64,000 nt of DNA. Origin: Nitrospinales bacterium. GTDB lineage: Bacteria > Nitrospinota > Nitrospinia > Nitrospinales > VA-1. Both the position numbers and the translations under genes were made by a program. Under the pieces are notes generated by a model, which was not told the origin of the DNA, made no database searches, and saw only the letters and a program-made list of their open reading frames with translations. Location: positions 2,016,001 through 2,080,000 of the forward strand of contig CBDCWG010000012.1 in the NCBI GenBank assembly GCA_965223345.1. Direction: 5' to 3'. Positions 18,826-29,001 of this stretch are shown one piece after another (within the stretch, counting starts at the first letter, position 1; each line of letters opens with the position of its first letter).

Positions 18826-19650
18826 ATGCTTGAATCAATGGACATCGGCAAACTGTTTTCCACTTACGTCATTCCCTGGGCGATCAATATTGCGCTGGCC
18901 CTGGTCGTCTTTTTCGTGGGGCGATGGATCGCCAAAGGGGTGGTGGCGATGGTGGAAAAGCTGCTGCAGCGCGCGAAACTGGACCCGATCCTGATCAATT
19001 TTCTGCGTTCGATTCTGAATACCCTGCTGCTGCTTGTCGTCATCATCGCCGCGCTCGACCAGCTCGGGGTGGACACGACTTCGTTGATCGCGATTCTGGG
19101 TGCGGCGGGTCTGGCGATCGGCCTGGCCTTGCAGAACTCGCTGCAGAATTTCTCATCGGGGGTCATGCTGATCGTGTTCCGGCCGTTCAAGGCGGGGGAC
19201 TACATCGAGGCGGGCGGCACCGCGGGCACGGTGGAGAACATCACCATCTTCAACACCATCCTTAAAACCCCCGACAACTGTGAGGTGATCGTGCCCAACG
19301 GCGCCATTTACAGCGACAACATCAAGAATTACTCCGCCAAGAGCACGCGCCGCGTCGATATGGTGTTCGGCATCGGCTACGGGGACGACATCCGCGAGGC
19401 GCGGGATATCATCCAGTCGGTGCTGGAGTCGGACGACCGGATTCTCGCGGAGCCGGAGCCTTTGATCGCCGTGGGCGAACTGGCGGACAGCAGCGTCAAC
19501 TTCAACGTGCGTCCGTGGGTGGAGACCGGCGATTACTGGGGCGTGAAGTTCGATGTGACCGAAAAAATCAAAATGGCTTTCGACGAAAGCGGCATCTCCA
19601 TTCCGTTCCCGCAGCGGGATGTGCATCTGGTCAAAGAGGAAGAGGACTGA
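18826..19650 (+). CDS. mscS: Small-conductance mechanosensitive channel
   Basis: GAAGLAIGLALQ, RPFKAGD, IPFPQRDV; AGGAG RBS. Confidence 0.93.
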   Translation: MLESMDIGKLFSTYVIPWAINIALALVVFFVGRWIAKGVVAMVEKLLQRAKLDPILINFLRSILNTLLLLVVIIAALDQLGVDTTSLIAILGAAGLAIGLALQNSLQNFSSGVMLIVFRPFKAGDYIEAGGTAGTVENITIFNTILKTPDNCEVIVPNGAIYSDNIKNYSAKSTRRVDMVFGIGYGDDIREARDIIQSVLESDDRILAEPEPLIAVGELADSSVNFNVRPWVETGDYWGVKFDVTEKIKMAFDESGISIPFPQRDVHLVKEEED

Positions 19651-19946
19651 GCGTCCCCGCACCTCCTGTTTTTTTCAGGCGACCGCTCCCGCAGGCGACC
19701 GCTCCCGGAATGGACCTCCAGGCAGGCCATTCCGGGGGCTTTTCCCCGCTGTTTGAGTCGAAAGGCCTGAATTCCCATCCTCATTGCAGGCTTTCGGCCT
19801 GTGTCTGTGAATATGTGGTCAACAAATCACAAACGGTTATAAAAAAGCAGACTGCCCGGCAACCCGGCCGAACACCGCTCCCGCCGTTCACTTCCTAATC
19901 TCCCCGAATACAGGCTTTAATCCGGAGCAAAAAATACCCTTGGCAT

Positions 19947-19962
19947 TGGCAAGGTATTTGCT
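19947..19962 (+). promoter_or_regulatory. Putative sigma54 (-24/-12) promoter
   Basis: TGGCAAGGTATTTGCT with correct GG-N10-GC spacing, about 115 bp upstream of the 20076 operon. Confidence 0.6.
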
Positions 19963-20075
19963 TTCTTAGGCTGTCTGATGGGGATCGGATCACCACCCGC
20001 TCAAGTTCTTTGTTTCTTTACAGTTGTGGTCCCGTAACGACTCACCCTTTGAACTGAAAAGGGAAGGAGGATGCT

Positions 20076-21569
20076 GTGACAGCCAACGATTCTTGGGTGA
20101 TCATTTCCGGACAGCCCGCACTCTCGATGGGGATTTGGGTTTTCCTGGTCATGATGGCTTTGTACATGGGCCGGAACATCGTTCATTCGGCGATTTCCGT
20201 GGTGCTCCGCATCGTTTATTCCAGCTTTCGTTTTGCGGCTCGTTCGCTGACCCTGACCGAGAAAAAACTGCAGGCACGCAACAAGGAAGTGCTGATGGAA
20301 CTGGGCCGCGAACAGGTGGAACGGCAACTGGAACGGGAATTCTTCCGTGTCAACGCGGTCGTGGAGAAGGATCTGGGCGGCTATCCCAAGCTGCAGCGGG
20401 TGATTTCCGACCAGATCACGCGCATCGAGGAAGATTACAAGCAGAGCGGTCAGGTGGCCCCGCCGCCGCCGGACTGGGTGCAGGCGGTGGAAGCGGTGGC
20501 CAAGCTGCATCTGGACGCGAAGGGCAACGGGGTCGCGGTGAAAGTGCTCAAGAGCATCCACGAGGCGTCCGTCGAGCAGCAGAAGGAAGCGCTGGAAGAG
20601 TACCGCAAGACCATGAGCGAGCGCCACACGCTGTTGCATGCGATGCTGCCTTACTGGCGCAAGCTGACCAACACGATCGACGAGGTGGGCAACACGATGC
20701 AGGGGCTGGCGGAACGCGCCAAGGACATCGACGACAAAATGACCCGCTATGAAGAAATCCGCGCCGGCACCGATAAAGCCGAACGCACGCTGCGCGCTTC
20801 GTCGATCACGCAGTTTTTCGTTTCGCTGTTCGTGGTGGCGATCGCCGTCGGCGGCGCGATCATCAACTTCAACCTCATCGCGCTGCCCATGTCCGAGATG
20901 GTCGGCGCGGCGAGCCGCATCGGCGCTTACAAGATCTCCGACATCGCCGCGCTGGTGATCATCTTTGTCGAGATCTCGATGGGGCTCTACCTCATGGAAG
21001 CGCTGCGCTTCACGAAACTGTTTCCGATCATCGGCGCGATGAACGACCGCATGCGCCGCCGCATGATCTGGGTGACCTTCAGCATCCTGTTCACGCTGGC
21101 GTGCATGGAATCGTCGCTGGCGTTCATGCGCGATCAGATCGCCGCCGATCTCAGCGCCCTGCGCCTGTCCCTGACGCAGGCCAACGGGGCGGCCATGCAG
21201 GCCGAATCCGCCGTCAACTCCTGGATCCCGATGGTGGGGCAGATGATCATGGGATTCGTGCTGCCGTTTGCGCTGACCTTCGTGGCGATTCCGCTGGAAT
21301 CGCTGGTGCACGGCGCGCGCACGCTGTTCGGCGACCTGCTGGTGCTGCTGGTGCGCTCGCTGGCCTTCGTGCTGCGCCTGATCGGCAACATCGTCCGGCA
21401 TCTGGAGATGTTCGTCACAAGGGTGTACGACATGTTCATCTTCGTGCCGCTGTGGGTGGAAGGGCTGATCCGCGAGCGGGCGTGGAAAAAACAACTCTCT
21501 GAAAGCAACGGACCGCAACCGGCGGTTGCGGTGCCCAAGACGGCCTGGGCCGAGGAGGTGGCGCAATGA
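20076..21569 (+). CDS. Uncharacterised membrane protein with a long coiled-coil region
   Basis: GGAGG RBS + GTG start; N-terminal TM, helical stretch of about 200 aa, 4-5 C-terminal TM segments; ATGA overlap with the next gene. Confidence 0.75.
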   Translation: MTANDSWVIISGQPALSMGIWVFLVMMALYMGRNIVHSAISVVLRIVYSSFRFAARSLTLTEKKLQARNKEVLMELGREQVERQLEREFFRVNAVVEKDLGGYPKLQRVISDQITRIEEDYKQSGQVAPPPPDWVQAVEAVAKLHLDAKGNGVAVKVLKSIHEASVEQQKEALEEYRKTMSERHTLLHAMLPYWRKLTNTIDEVGNTMQGLAERAKDIDDKMTRYEEIRAGTDKAERTLRASSITQFFVSLFVVAIAVGGAIINFNLIALPMSEMVGAASRIGAYKISDIAALVIIFVEISMGLYLMEALRFTKLFPIIGAMNDRMRRRMIWVTFSILFTLACMESSLAFMRDQIAADLSALRLSLTQANGAAMQAESAVNSWIPMVGQMIMGFVLPFALTFVAIPLESLVHGARTLFGDLLVLLVRSLAFVLRLIGNIVRHLEMFVTRVYDMFIFVPLWVEGLIRERAWKKQLSESNGPQPAVAVPKTAWAEEVAQ

Positions 21570-22207
21570 AAAAATGGGCCTGGATCTTGATGACCGTTTC
21601 GCTGATGGCCTGCACGGACAGCGTTTCCAATTCGAAAGGGGTCTACCTGCTGCTGGACACTTCGGGAACTTACACGAACGAGCTGAACAAAGCCCAGCAG
21701 ATCATCAATTATCTTCTGGGGACGCTCGATCCGGGCGATTCCTTTGTGGTGGCCCGCATCGACAGCGGCAGCTTCAGCGAAAAAGACATCATCGCCAAAG
21801 CCACGTTCGATTCCCGGCCTTCGGTGGCGAACACGCAGAAGCGGGCGTTCGCCAACGACATCGGCCAATTTGTCAAAACCATCAAAGCCAGCTCCTACAC
21901 CGACATTTCCGGCGGTCTGTTGCAGGCGGTGGAGTACATGAACGAGGCGGGGGTGGGCAAGAAGTACGCCTTCATTTTCTCCGATCTCAAGGAAGAGCTG
22001 CCGGAAGGGTTCAAGCGCGATTTTGAGCTGACGCTGGACGGGTTTTCGGTCGTTGCGCTCAACGTCACCAAACTGCGCAGCGACAACGTCAATCCGCAGG
22101 AATACCTGGACCGGCTGGAGGACTGGAAGCAGAAGGTGGAGCGGGGCGGCGGCCAGTGGCGGGTGATCAACGATCTGGACCGCGAGGACCTGTTGACCGA
22201 AAGCTGA
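21566..22207 (+). CDS. vWA-domain lipoprotein
   Basis: Lipobox LMA-C; MIDAS-like LLDTSGT, YTD, FSD. Confidence 0.8.
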   Translation: MKKWAWILMTVSLMACTDSVSNSKGVYLLLDTSGTYTNELNKAQQIINYLLGTLDPGDSFVVARIDSGSFSEKDIIAKATFDSRPSVANTQKRAFANDIGQFVKTIKASSYTDISGGLLQAVEYMNEAGVGKKYAFIFSDLKEELPEGFKRDFELTLDGFSVVALNVTKLRSDNVNPQEYLDRLEDWKQKVERGGGQWRVINDLDREDLLTES

Positions 22208-22268
22208 CGGCATTGCCGGATTCAATCTGATGTAGAACGATAACTCTTTTTAGAAAGCGAGACACGGT

Positions 22269-22646
22269 ATGGCACGGAGCAAGGCGGAACTGCGTGAACT
22301 GGAATCGACGAAATACAATCTGATGGGCGCGCACCTCATTCGCGCAAACCTCGACGGCGGCAATTTTTCCAAGGCCAACTTCAAAAACGCCCATATGATG
22401 GGGGCCTCGCTGCAGAGGACCAATCTCATCCGGGCGAACCTCACCGGTGCGGACCTGACGCACGCGAAGTTGACGGGCGCCCAGCTTTCCGAAGCCAATC
22501 TCAAGGGAGCGGACCTCAACGACACCGAACTCACCGGCGCTCTGCTGATGGGGGCGGATCTCAGCCAGGTGCGCAACCTCACCAAGCGGCAGGTCGAGTC
22601 CGCACGGGTGGACAAGAAAACCCGGCTGCCGTCCAGCCTGAAGTAG
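22269..22646 (+). CDS. Pentapeptide repeat protein
   Basis: Tandem A(N/D)Lxx repeats; C-terminal RNLTKRQVESA..D.KTRLP cap. Confidence 0.9.
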   Translation: MARSKAELRELESTKYNLMGAHLIRANLDGGNFSKANFKNAHMMGASLQRTNLIRANLTGADLTHAKLTGAQLSEANLKGADLNDTELTGALLMGADLSQVRNLTKRQVESARVDKKTRLPSSLK

Positions 22647-22830
22647 GCCAGAGCGTTATCAGGCCGATCCTTTCCTAACCCCGCCTGAACTGTTTTTTTA
22701 ATCCCTCACGTCCGAACCACGCCCGCTTCGGCGGGCGATGTGGTATCATCTCCTATTTTGGTTGCCGTCCTGATTCAACCCTTTTCCGGCATGCGGGCCG
22801 TGGCTCCCGCCGGTTGCTTCCTCATAATCC

Positions 22831-24054
22831 ATGTTGAATTCCATTAGAGAGTTTCTGCGTCTGGAGTCCGCCAGCGGCCTGCTGCTGATACTGGCCGCGT
22901 GTCTTGCCATGCTGGCGGAAAATTCGCCGCTGGATGCCCTGTATGATTCCCTGCTGGGCACGCCGGTGGAAATCCGCATCGGGGCGTTTCAAATCGACAA
23001 ACCATTGCTGCTCTGGATCAACGACGGCCTGATGGCGGTGTTCTTTTTTCTCATCGGGCTGGAGGTGAAGCGGGAAGTGCTGCAGGGAGAGCTCTCGAGT
23101 CCGGCGCGGGTGGCGCTTCCGGCCATCGCTGCGGTGGGCGGCATGTCTGTGCCGGCGGTGATCTACGCTTCGTTGAATTGGCACGACCCCATCGCGATCG
23201 ACGGATGGGCCATTCCCTCGGCGACCGACATCGCTTTCGCGCTGGGCATCCTTTCGCTGCTCGGGCGCAGGGTTCCCAATTCCCTGAAGATTTTTCTGCT
23301 CACCCTCGCTATTTTCGACGATCTCGGGGCCATCGTCATCATCGCGCTGTTTTACACGGAAGGGTTGTCGATGGGGTCCTTGATGGCGGCGGTGGTGTTT
23401 CTGGGGTTTCTGTACTTCCTCAACCGCAGGGGCGTGCTCTCGATCGTGCCTTACGTCGTCGTGGGGGTGATGTTCTGGGCGGCGGTGCTCAAATCCGGCG
23501 TGCACGCGACGCTGGCGGGAGTTCTCCTGGCCTTTTTCATCCCCCTGCGGGTGCCTTCGAGTGCGGGAAAACCACCGCTGCTGCAAATCGAACACGATCT
23601 GCATCCCACCGTTTCCTATTTCATTCTTCCCGTGTTTGCGTTCGCCAACACCGGGGTGTCGCTCGATGGTTTTTCTCTGGACTCTCTCCTGCATCCGGTG
23701 CCATTGGGGATCGCGCTCGGGCTGTTTTTCGGCAATCAGATCGGTGTGTTCGGTTTCAGCTGGCTGGCGATCAAGCTGGGCTGGTGCCGGCTTCCCAAGC
23801 GCGTGGGGTGGCTGGAGCTGTACGGCACGTCCATATTGTGCGGCATCGGTTTCACCATGAGCCTGTTCATCAGCTCTCTGGCATTCCATGACGGGGTGAT
23901 CGAAGGGGCGGCGAACGACCGGCTGGGAATTCTGGCCGGCACCCTGCTTTCGGCGACCGTCGGGTATTGTGTTTTACGCTATGCGCTGCATCGCAAGAAG
24001 AAGAAAGTGAGAAAGCTGGGATTGCGGCAACCTTCGGACGGTAAAATGATTTAG
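22831..24054 (+). CDS. nhaA: Na+/H+ antiporter NhaA
   Basis: [67 protein letters not shown]. Confidence 0.95.
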   Translation: MLNSIREFLRLESASGLLLILAACLAMLAENSPLDALYDSLLGTPVEIRIGAFQIDKPLLLWINDGLMAVFFFLIGLEVKREVLQGELSSPARVALPAIAAVGGMSVPAVIYASLNWHDPIAIDGWAIPSATDIAFALGILSLLGRRVPNSLKIFLLTLAIFDDLGAIVIIALFYTEGLSMGSLMAAVVFLGFLYFLNRRGVLSIVPYVVVGVMFWAAVLKSGVHATLAGVLLAFFIPLRVPSSAGKPPLLQIEHDLHPTVSYFILPVFAFANTGVSLDGFSLDSLLHPVPLGIALGLFFGNQIGVFGFSWLAIKLGWCRLPKRVGWLELYGTSILCGIGFTMSLFISSLAFHDGVIEGAANDRLGILAGTLLSATVGYCVLRYALHRKKKKVRKLGLRQPSDGKMI

Positions 24055-24174
24055 CTTTCAATTCTTTGTTTTTGCTTTTAAAAACCTGCCCACCGGGTTC
24101 AAAAAAGATTGCTCCGTCCCCGCTGTCGGCATATAGTGTGAGTATCGCTGAACTCACTAACGGGAGTCGAGACA

Positions 24175-24657
24175 ATGCATTGGAAGAAATGGCTGCTGGC
24201 TGCGACGATCGTGAGCGTTTGCGCTTTCGCTCCGCAACGCGCACAGGCTTTGGAACCGGTGGGATTGAAGCATTCTTTGCTCAGCAAGGCGGTTCTGAAT
24301 GGGGGCATCCGCGGCGGATTCGGTTTCCGTTCCCGGGGGTTCGGGTTCTCGTTCCGCCTGGGACGCGGTCTCAAAAGCCACGGTTTTCTGCACGGGCGGC
24401 GCGGCGTGTTCCTGGTGCATCCCCGGCAGTGGGGGGTGTTCGACGGACGGCGCTTTTTTTCGGTGAAACGCCGGCTTTTCGGGCACGACTGGGGCCGGCG
24501 GCATGGCATGGCCGTGCACCGCGGCGCGGCTTATGGCAGTGGCGCTGTCGGCCCGCAGACGCGGGCTCAGGTCTGGTCGAACGAAGACCTCGGCGCTCCG
24601 GGCTGGGAGGAGGATCTGGGGCCTTCCGGCTGGCGCGAAGACCTGGGGATTTATTGA
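24175..24657 (+). CDS. Hypothetical exported Arg/Gly/Phe-rich protein with C-terminal W..EDLG repeats
   Basis: GGGAG RBS, signal peptide ending AQA, low-complexity body. Confidence 0.6.
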   Translation: MHWKKWLLAATIVSVCAFAPQRAQALEPVGLKHSLLSKAVLNGGIRGGFGFRSRGFGFSFRLGRGLKSHGFLHGRRGVFLVHPRQWGVFDGRRFFSVKRRLFGHDWGRRHGMAVHRGAAYGSGAVGPQTRAQVWSNEDLGAPGWEEDLGPSGWREDLGIY

Positions 24658-25028
24658 GTTCAAACCCTGCCATAACGCGATCGATTCTGACCGCAAACGA
24701 GGCAGTCGTCGCGTTGCGGTCCGCTGTGTGAAAGCGCACGCCTTGCGTCAATGGATTTGGAGTTGCTTTTCGAGTCCGGGAGATTTGGTGCGCGCCGCTT
24801 TCCTTCTCTGAAAAAAATTTTCCTCTTTTTCGATTCACCTTCCCTTTGTTTTTTACACCGTTAAATGGACACCGGCCGATTCCGGCCAGGGCCCGGATAG
24901 ATGTCTTTTGACCTTCCCGCTTTTTTTGATACATTGGCTTTAAGTTGAAATTCGCAACAAATAGCGTGAACTTCCGCTCTTATTAAGGGGTGCGGGGTGC
25001 GCTGTTTTCGTTTTACGGGGACGTTCCA

Positions 25029-26633
25029 ATGGTGATCAGTCAAAGAGAACTGCTTGATAAACTTGCCTGGGGCGATTCTCTCAAGGATATCGAGATCGGC
25101 GATGTGGATTTTTCCGGTTACTGCTTCAAGGAGACGATCGATTTTTCCGGAGCCATCTTCACCAAACGGACGGTCTTCCAGAAAGTGCAGTTTTTAAAGG
25201 GAGTTAACTTTTCCGGTGCGCATTTTCTTGGCAAAAGCGGGGTGAATTTCCGCCAGGCAAAGTTTCTCGGGCTGGAAGGGGCGAATTTCAAAAAAGCCAA
25301 ATTTACCGGCGATGCCGGCGCGAACTTCTGCGAAGCGCAGTTTTCGGGGCCCGGCGGGGCGAATTTCATCATGGCCCAGTTTTCCTCGCGCGGCAAGGCG
25401 GATTTCAGCCAGGTGCGGTTTGCCGGCAAGGGCGGCGCCAACTTCAGCGAAGCCAAATTCACAGGCGAGGGCGGCGCGTATTTCAACAAGGCCCAGTTTT
25501 CCGGTGAAGGCGGTGCGGATTTCATCCTGACCGAATTTTCCGGCGAAGGCGGCGCGGATTTCTGGGGCGCCCAGTTCTCGGGAAAGCGCGGCGCGTACTT
25601 TTTCTTCACCCAGTTTTCCGGAAAGCGCGGCGCCGATTTCTGGGGCGCTCAGTTCACCGGGGAAGAGGGGGCGAACTTCAGCGAGGCCAAGTTTTCCGGG
25701 GAAGCGGGGGTGCATTTCAACGGCGCGCTGTTTTCAGGCCGGGGTGGTGTGGATTTCAGCAAGACCCAGTTCACCGGCGACGGCGGTGCGGATTTCAGCG
25801 AGGTGCGTTTCGCGGGCGAGGGCATTGTGAAATTCCACAGCACGGAGTTTCCCAAAAACCGCCTCATCCGCTTCATCGACGTGGAAATGGACCGGCCGGA
25901 AAACGTGCGTTTTCTCAATGTGGACAACCTGGGGGACACCTCGTTTCTCAATATGGACATCGAAAACGTGGTGTTTGAAAATGTGACGTTCCGCAAGGTC
26001 GGCAACGGTTTTTCCAGCCGCGAAATCCTGGCGGATGAAGTCTGGAGCGAGTTTGCGACGGATGCGAAAAAAAGGGTGCACGACCGGGAATACTTCCGCA
26101 CCGTGGAGATCCTGTATCGCAAGCTCAAGCTGAATTTCGAGGCCAAGCGGGACTACGAACGGGCGGGGAATTTCCATTACGGGGAAATGGAGATGCGGCG
26201 GATTCAGCAGCATCCGTTTTACCGCTACGTTTCCCTGATTTCCTTTTACAAGATTCTCACCGGCTACGGCCAGCGCTGGTTCAACGGGGTGACCAGCTTC
26301 GCCGTGCTGGTGCTGCTGTTTTCATGGGTCAACTGGTACGGGATCGAACCGAAGGTTCCCATCGTGGACAGTTCCCAGGAAGCCTCCACTGCGGAGCAGC
26401 CGTCGGGGCTGCCGGCTACCCTGTGCCGTCAGGAGTTGTCGCGCTGCACGGGGGTGGAGTGGAAGGATGCGGTTTTGTTCACGTTTCAGACCATGACGCT
26501 GCAGCGTTCCGACGATTTTCGCCCCAAGCCGGATCTGTGGCTGGGCAGAACGCTGATCGCGTTGCAGTTTCTCATCGGTCCGGCTTTGATCGCTTTGACA
26601 ATCCTGGCTGTGAGACGGGAATTTCGAAGGTAG
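25029..26633 (+). CDS. Pentapeptide-like repeat protein with C-terminal TM / ion-channel-like region
   Basis: About 17 tandem 13-aa repeats AxFxxAxFxGxGG; C-terminal GYG..W-TM, pore-helix-like FTFQTMTL and a final TM. Confidence 0.75.
   Translation: MVISQRELLDKLAWGDSLKDIEIGDVDFSGYCFKETIDFSGAIFTKRTVFQKVQFLKGVNFSGAHFLGKSGVNFRQAKFLGLEGANFKKAKFTGDAGANFCEAQFSGPGGANFIMAQFSSRGKADFSQVRFAGKGGANFSEAKFTGEGGAYFNKAQFSGEGGADFILTEFSGEGGADFWGAQFSGKRGAYFFFTQFSGKRGADFWGAQFTGEEGANFSEAKFSGEAGVHFNGALFSGRGGVDFSKTQFTGDGGADFSEVRFAGEGIVKFHSTEFPKNRLIRFIDVEMDRPENVRFLNVDNLGDTSFLNMDIENVVFENVTFRKVGNGFSSREILADEVWSEFATDAKKRVHDREYFRTVEILYRKLKLNFEAKRDYERAGNFHYGEMEMRRIQQHPFYRYVSLISFYKILTGYGQRWFNGVTSFAVLVLLFSWVNWYGIEPKVPIVDSSQEASTAEQPSGLPATLCRQELSRCTGVEWKDAVLFTFQTMTLQRSDDFRPKPDLWLGRTLIALQFLIGPALIALTILAVRREFRR
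25203..25865 (+). repeat. Degenerate 39-bp (13-aa) coding tandem repeat, about 17 units
   Basis: Units such as ANFSEAKFTGEGG / AYFNKAQFSGEGG / ADFWGAQFSGKRG. Confidence 0.9.
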
Positions 26634-26717
26634 GGGAGACATTCCGAAGGCAGGTAAGGTGCCTTCAGAAGATCTGCTGCTCACGCGGGAATCCATGCCT
26701 CCCGCTGAAGTTTCGGA

Positions 26718-27371
26718 TCAGAACTCAAACCTCAGACCGCCGCTGATATTGTGAGATTCATATTCCGAATCGAACGTCGCTCCGGTGCTGTCGCTGAATT
26801 CCGGATCCTCGGTGGCGAAATACCGGTAGTCCGCCGTCAGAAACAGGTGCTCAGCGAGCCCGAGGCTCACGCCGCCGCCGAACTGATAGGCGAAAACGGT
26901 GTCTCTGTCGTCAACGATCGCGGTGTTTCCGGCGTTCACATTGTCGAGGTTGACCTCCGCCACGCCGGCTCCCGCCATCACATAGGGGGTGATGGGCAGA
27001 ATATTGGCGAATTCCCAGAAGATATTTCCCATATAGGAACGGGCGGAAATGTCTCCGGAAGCGTCGAGCGTCAGTCCGTTCAATGCGCCAAAGCTGGAAT
27101 TGGTCACTTTGAGCTGGTCCACGTCGTTTTCCCGGTAAGAAAATTCAAATTCCGCCCGGAAAAAGGGACTGAACCTCCAGCCGAGGGCGCCACCGGCGTT
27201 CCAGCCGTCCCGGTGTTCGCTTTCAATGGCGATACCGGAGCCGATGTTGTCCGAATCCTGAAGAATGGTCAGGCCACCGTGGCCGGCAATGTAGGCGTTC
27301 TGCGCCCAGGCCATCTGAGTTGAGAAAAGCAGCACCATCGTGGTGATCCCTATTAAGGATACACGTTTCAT
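26718..27371 (-). CDS. Outer-membrane beta-barrel protein (8-stranded OmpA-TM/Omp25-like)
   Basis: Signal peptide (AWA), PYVMAGAG, AYQFGGG, terminal GLRFEF beta-signal; AAGGAGG RBS. Confidence 0.85.
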   Translation of the reverse strand: MKRVSLIGITTMVLLFSTQMAWAQNAYIAGHGGLTILQDSDNIGSGIAIESEHRDGWNAGGALGWRFSPFFRAEFEFSYRENDVDQLKVTNSSFGALNGLTLDASGDISARSYMGNIFWEFANILPITPYVMAGAGVAEVNLDNVNAGNTAIVDDRDTVFAYQFGGGVSLGLAEHLFLTADYRYFATEDPEFSDSTGATFDSEYESHNISGGLRFEF

Positions 27372-27890
27372 AGGTTGTCCTCCTTGTTTAGGATTAAAAT
27401 TTACGGTAATTTCAGCTTACTATTAATTTTTTTGGAAGATCAACCATAAAGAAATAACGCACTGTCAACCTGAGAAGAGTTCCTCCGAGCACTCGATTAA
27501 GTTATTAAAAATATTGCGGTTGCGTGGACTTTGCTGGAGGGGGGACTTTTTGCGGGGCCGGTGTGGATTGCTCTTGCCATTCTCGCCATCCGGCGTGAAT
27601 TCCGGAGATCGCGTTTTTCCCAACCCACCCGGGTTTGGGCGCTCCGGCATCCCTGATCAGAAAGAGCGGTCTTTCAATGGGTTTCGATGACGCCCCAATG
27701 GGGGGCGCCGATCTATGCAAAAATGCATCTAATTTAATAGGAATTTATGTTTAAGTTGTTGAAAAATAATGTTATAATTGGGGTTCTCGGGTTGCGGTCG
27801 AGAAGCGGGAACCCGCTGTTTAGATCGTGGCTAAACAGACTCGGTCGGTAGTTTTAATGTCTATCAATCAAGTGATGGGAGGTCAACTCG

Positions 27891-28082
27891 ATGGAGTATT
27901 GGCTGATTGTGGTTACGCTTTGGTTTCAAGACGGGCAGCAGGCGATTATGAAACAAAACCAGAAATTCAAAACCGAAGCTCAGTGTTTGCAGGCCGCTGG
28001 CAAGGTGACCAAGGACCAATATCCGGTTCCTCTGAAACAGTTGAAGGCCACGTGCGCCAAACACACAGGGGAGGAAGGTTGA
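27891..28082 (+). CDS. Small hypothetical protein with two Cys
   Basis: GGAGG RBS, 63 aa, followed by a terminator hairpin. Confidence 0.55.
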   Translation: MEYWLIVVTLWFQDGQQAIMKQNQKFKTEAQCLQAAGKVTKDQYPVPLKQLKATCAKHTGEEG

Positions 28083-28141
28083 GGAGGCAGTCGTTGCGTT
28101 TTTTGTGAGTTGTGCCCGAGTTCTTTGAACACGGCGGTAAT

Positions 28142-28183
28142 AAAAAAGGCCGGCATCTTTTGCAAGATGCCGGCCTCTTTTTT
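28142..28183. terminator. Bidirectional rho-independent terminator
   Basis: A-tract, AGGCCGGCATCTT-ttgc-AAGATGCCGGCCT, then T-tract, between convergent genes. Confidence 0.85.
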
Positions 28184-28191
28184 GGTGCGAA

Positions 28192-29001
28192 TCAGCTGTC
28201 TGTATTCATCTCCCGGCTCATCTTTCTTTCCAGCTCAAAGTTTTCCACCTGATCCTTGAGAAACCAGCCCTTGGTGCGCATGCAGCCCAGAAATGCCGGG
28301 ACGTGCGGTTCGCTTTCCTGGTTGCGCACCAGAGACACACACTCGTTCTTGTCGATCATCCAAGGGGTCAGCTCGGTGGTCACCGTCTCCGGTTCGATCT
28401 GCTGCCCGCGGTTGTTGGGATAGATCGTTCCTTCCCGGCTGGCTGCGATCGGCGGCTGGGCGATTTCGGAACTGTCGATGTCGTCTTCGTTTTCCTCGCT
28501 GTCGAGATCGCTGTTGTCGGCGAAACCCGTACCGGCGAAATCGTTGTGGTCATCGAATTCCTCGCCGATGCCGATGAATGCGTCGCTGCTTGCGGTGGAA
28601 AGCTGCGACTGCGGCTCGATCTTCAGCGCGTTGCCCGTCACATCCCAGCTGGAGCAGCCCAGAAGCGGCGGAACGATCAATATTTCCATGAACAGGGAAT
28701 ACCATTTTTCTTCCGCTTTCACATCGGAAGCCGCATCCCCCTGCATTTTTTTCAGTTCGGCCCGGATGGCGGGATTCATGAGGTTGGCATCGACGGCTTG
28801 CTCGCTGTAATTGCCGCATCCGGAAGCCTCCGTTTCAAAGGCGCCGATCTTCTCGATGCGATTCTCGCTTTCAGCCTCTTCCACCTGCAGTTTGGCGTGT
28901 TCTTCGGAGTAGTATCCTTTTCCGATTTTGAAGGGTGCCGAGGGCGCGCATCCACCCAACAGCACGGTAACCGCGAAAACGATTGAAAAGGTTTTCTTCA
29001 T
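28192..29001 (-). CDS. Hypothetical lipoprotein
   Basis: Lipobox LGG-C; acidic linker; C-terminal Cys pair (C..CMRTKGW); GGGGAG RBS. Confidence 0.7.
   Translation of the reverse strand: MKKTFSIVFAVTVLLGGCAPSAPFKIGKGYYSEEHAKLQVEEAESENRIEKIGAFETEASGCGNYSEQAVDANLMNPAIRAELKKMQGDAASDVKAEEKWYSLFMEILIVPPLLGCSSWDVTGNALKIEPQSQLSTASSDAFIGIGEEFDDHNDFAGTGFADNSDLDSEENEDDIDSSEIAQPPIAASREGTIYPNNRGQQIEPETVTTELTPWMIDKNECVSLVRNQESEPHVPAFLGCMRTKGWFLKDQVENFELERKMSREMNTDS

Noticed and set aside
19676..19737. 16-bp tandem repeat CAGGCGACCGCTCCCG x2 plus a CCGGAATGG/CCATTCCGG hairpin
   Set aside because: Only two adjacent copies, no spacers and no cas genes, so not CRISPR; probably a slippage duplication near the mscS terminator region
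20001..21566. 521-aa minus-strand ORF
   Set aside because: Antisense to the membrane-protein gene, which has an RBS and is coupled to the vWA gene
25118..26146. Repetitive minus-strand ORFs; possible CRISPR or DGR-like array
   Set aside because: They mirror the in-frame 39-bp coding repeat; there is no constant repeat/unique spacer pattern, no reverse transcriptase and no adenine-specific variation
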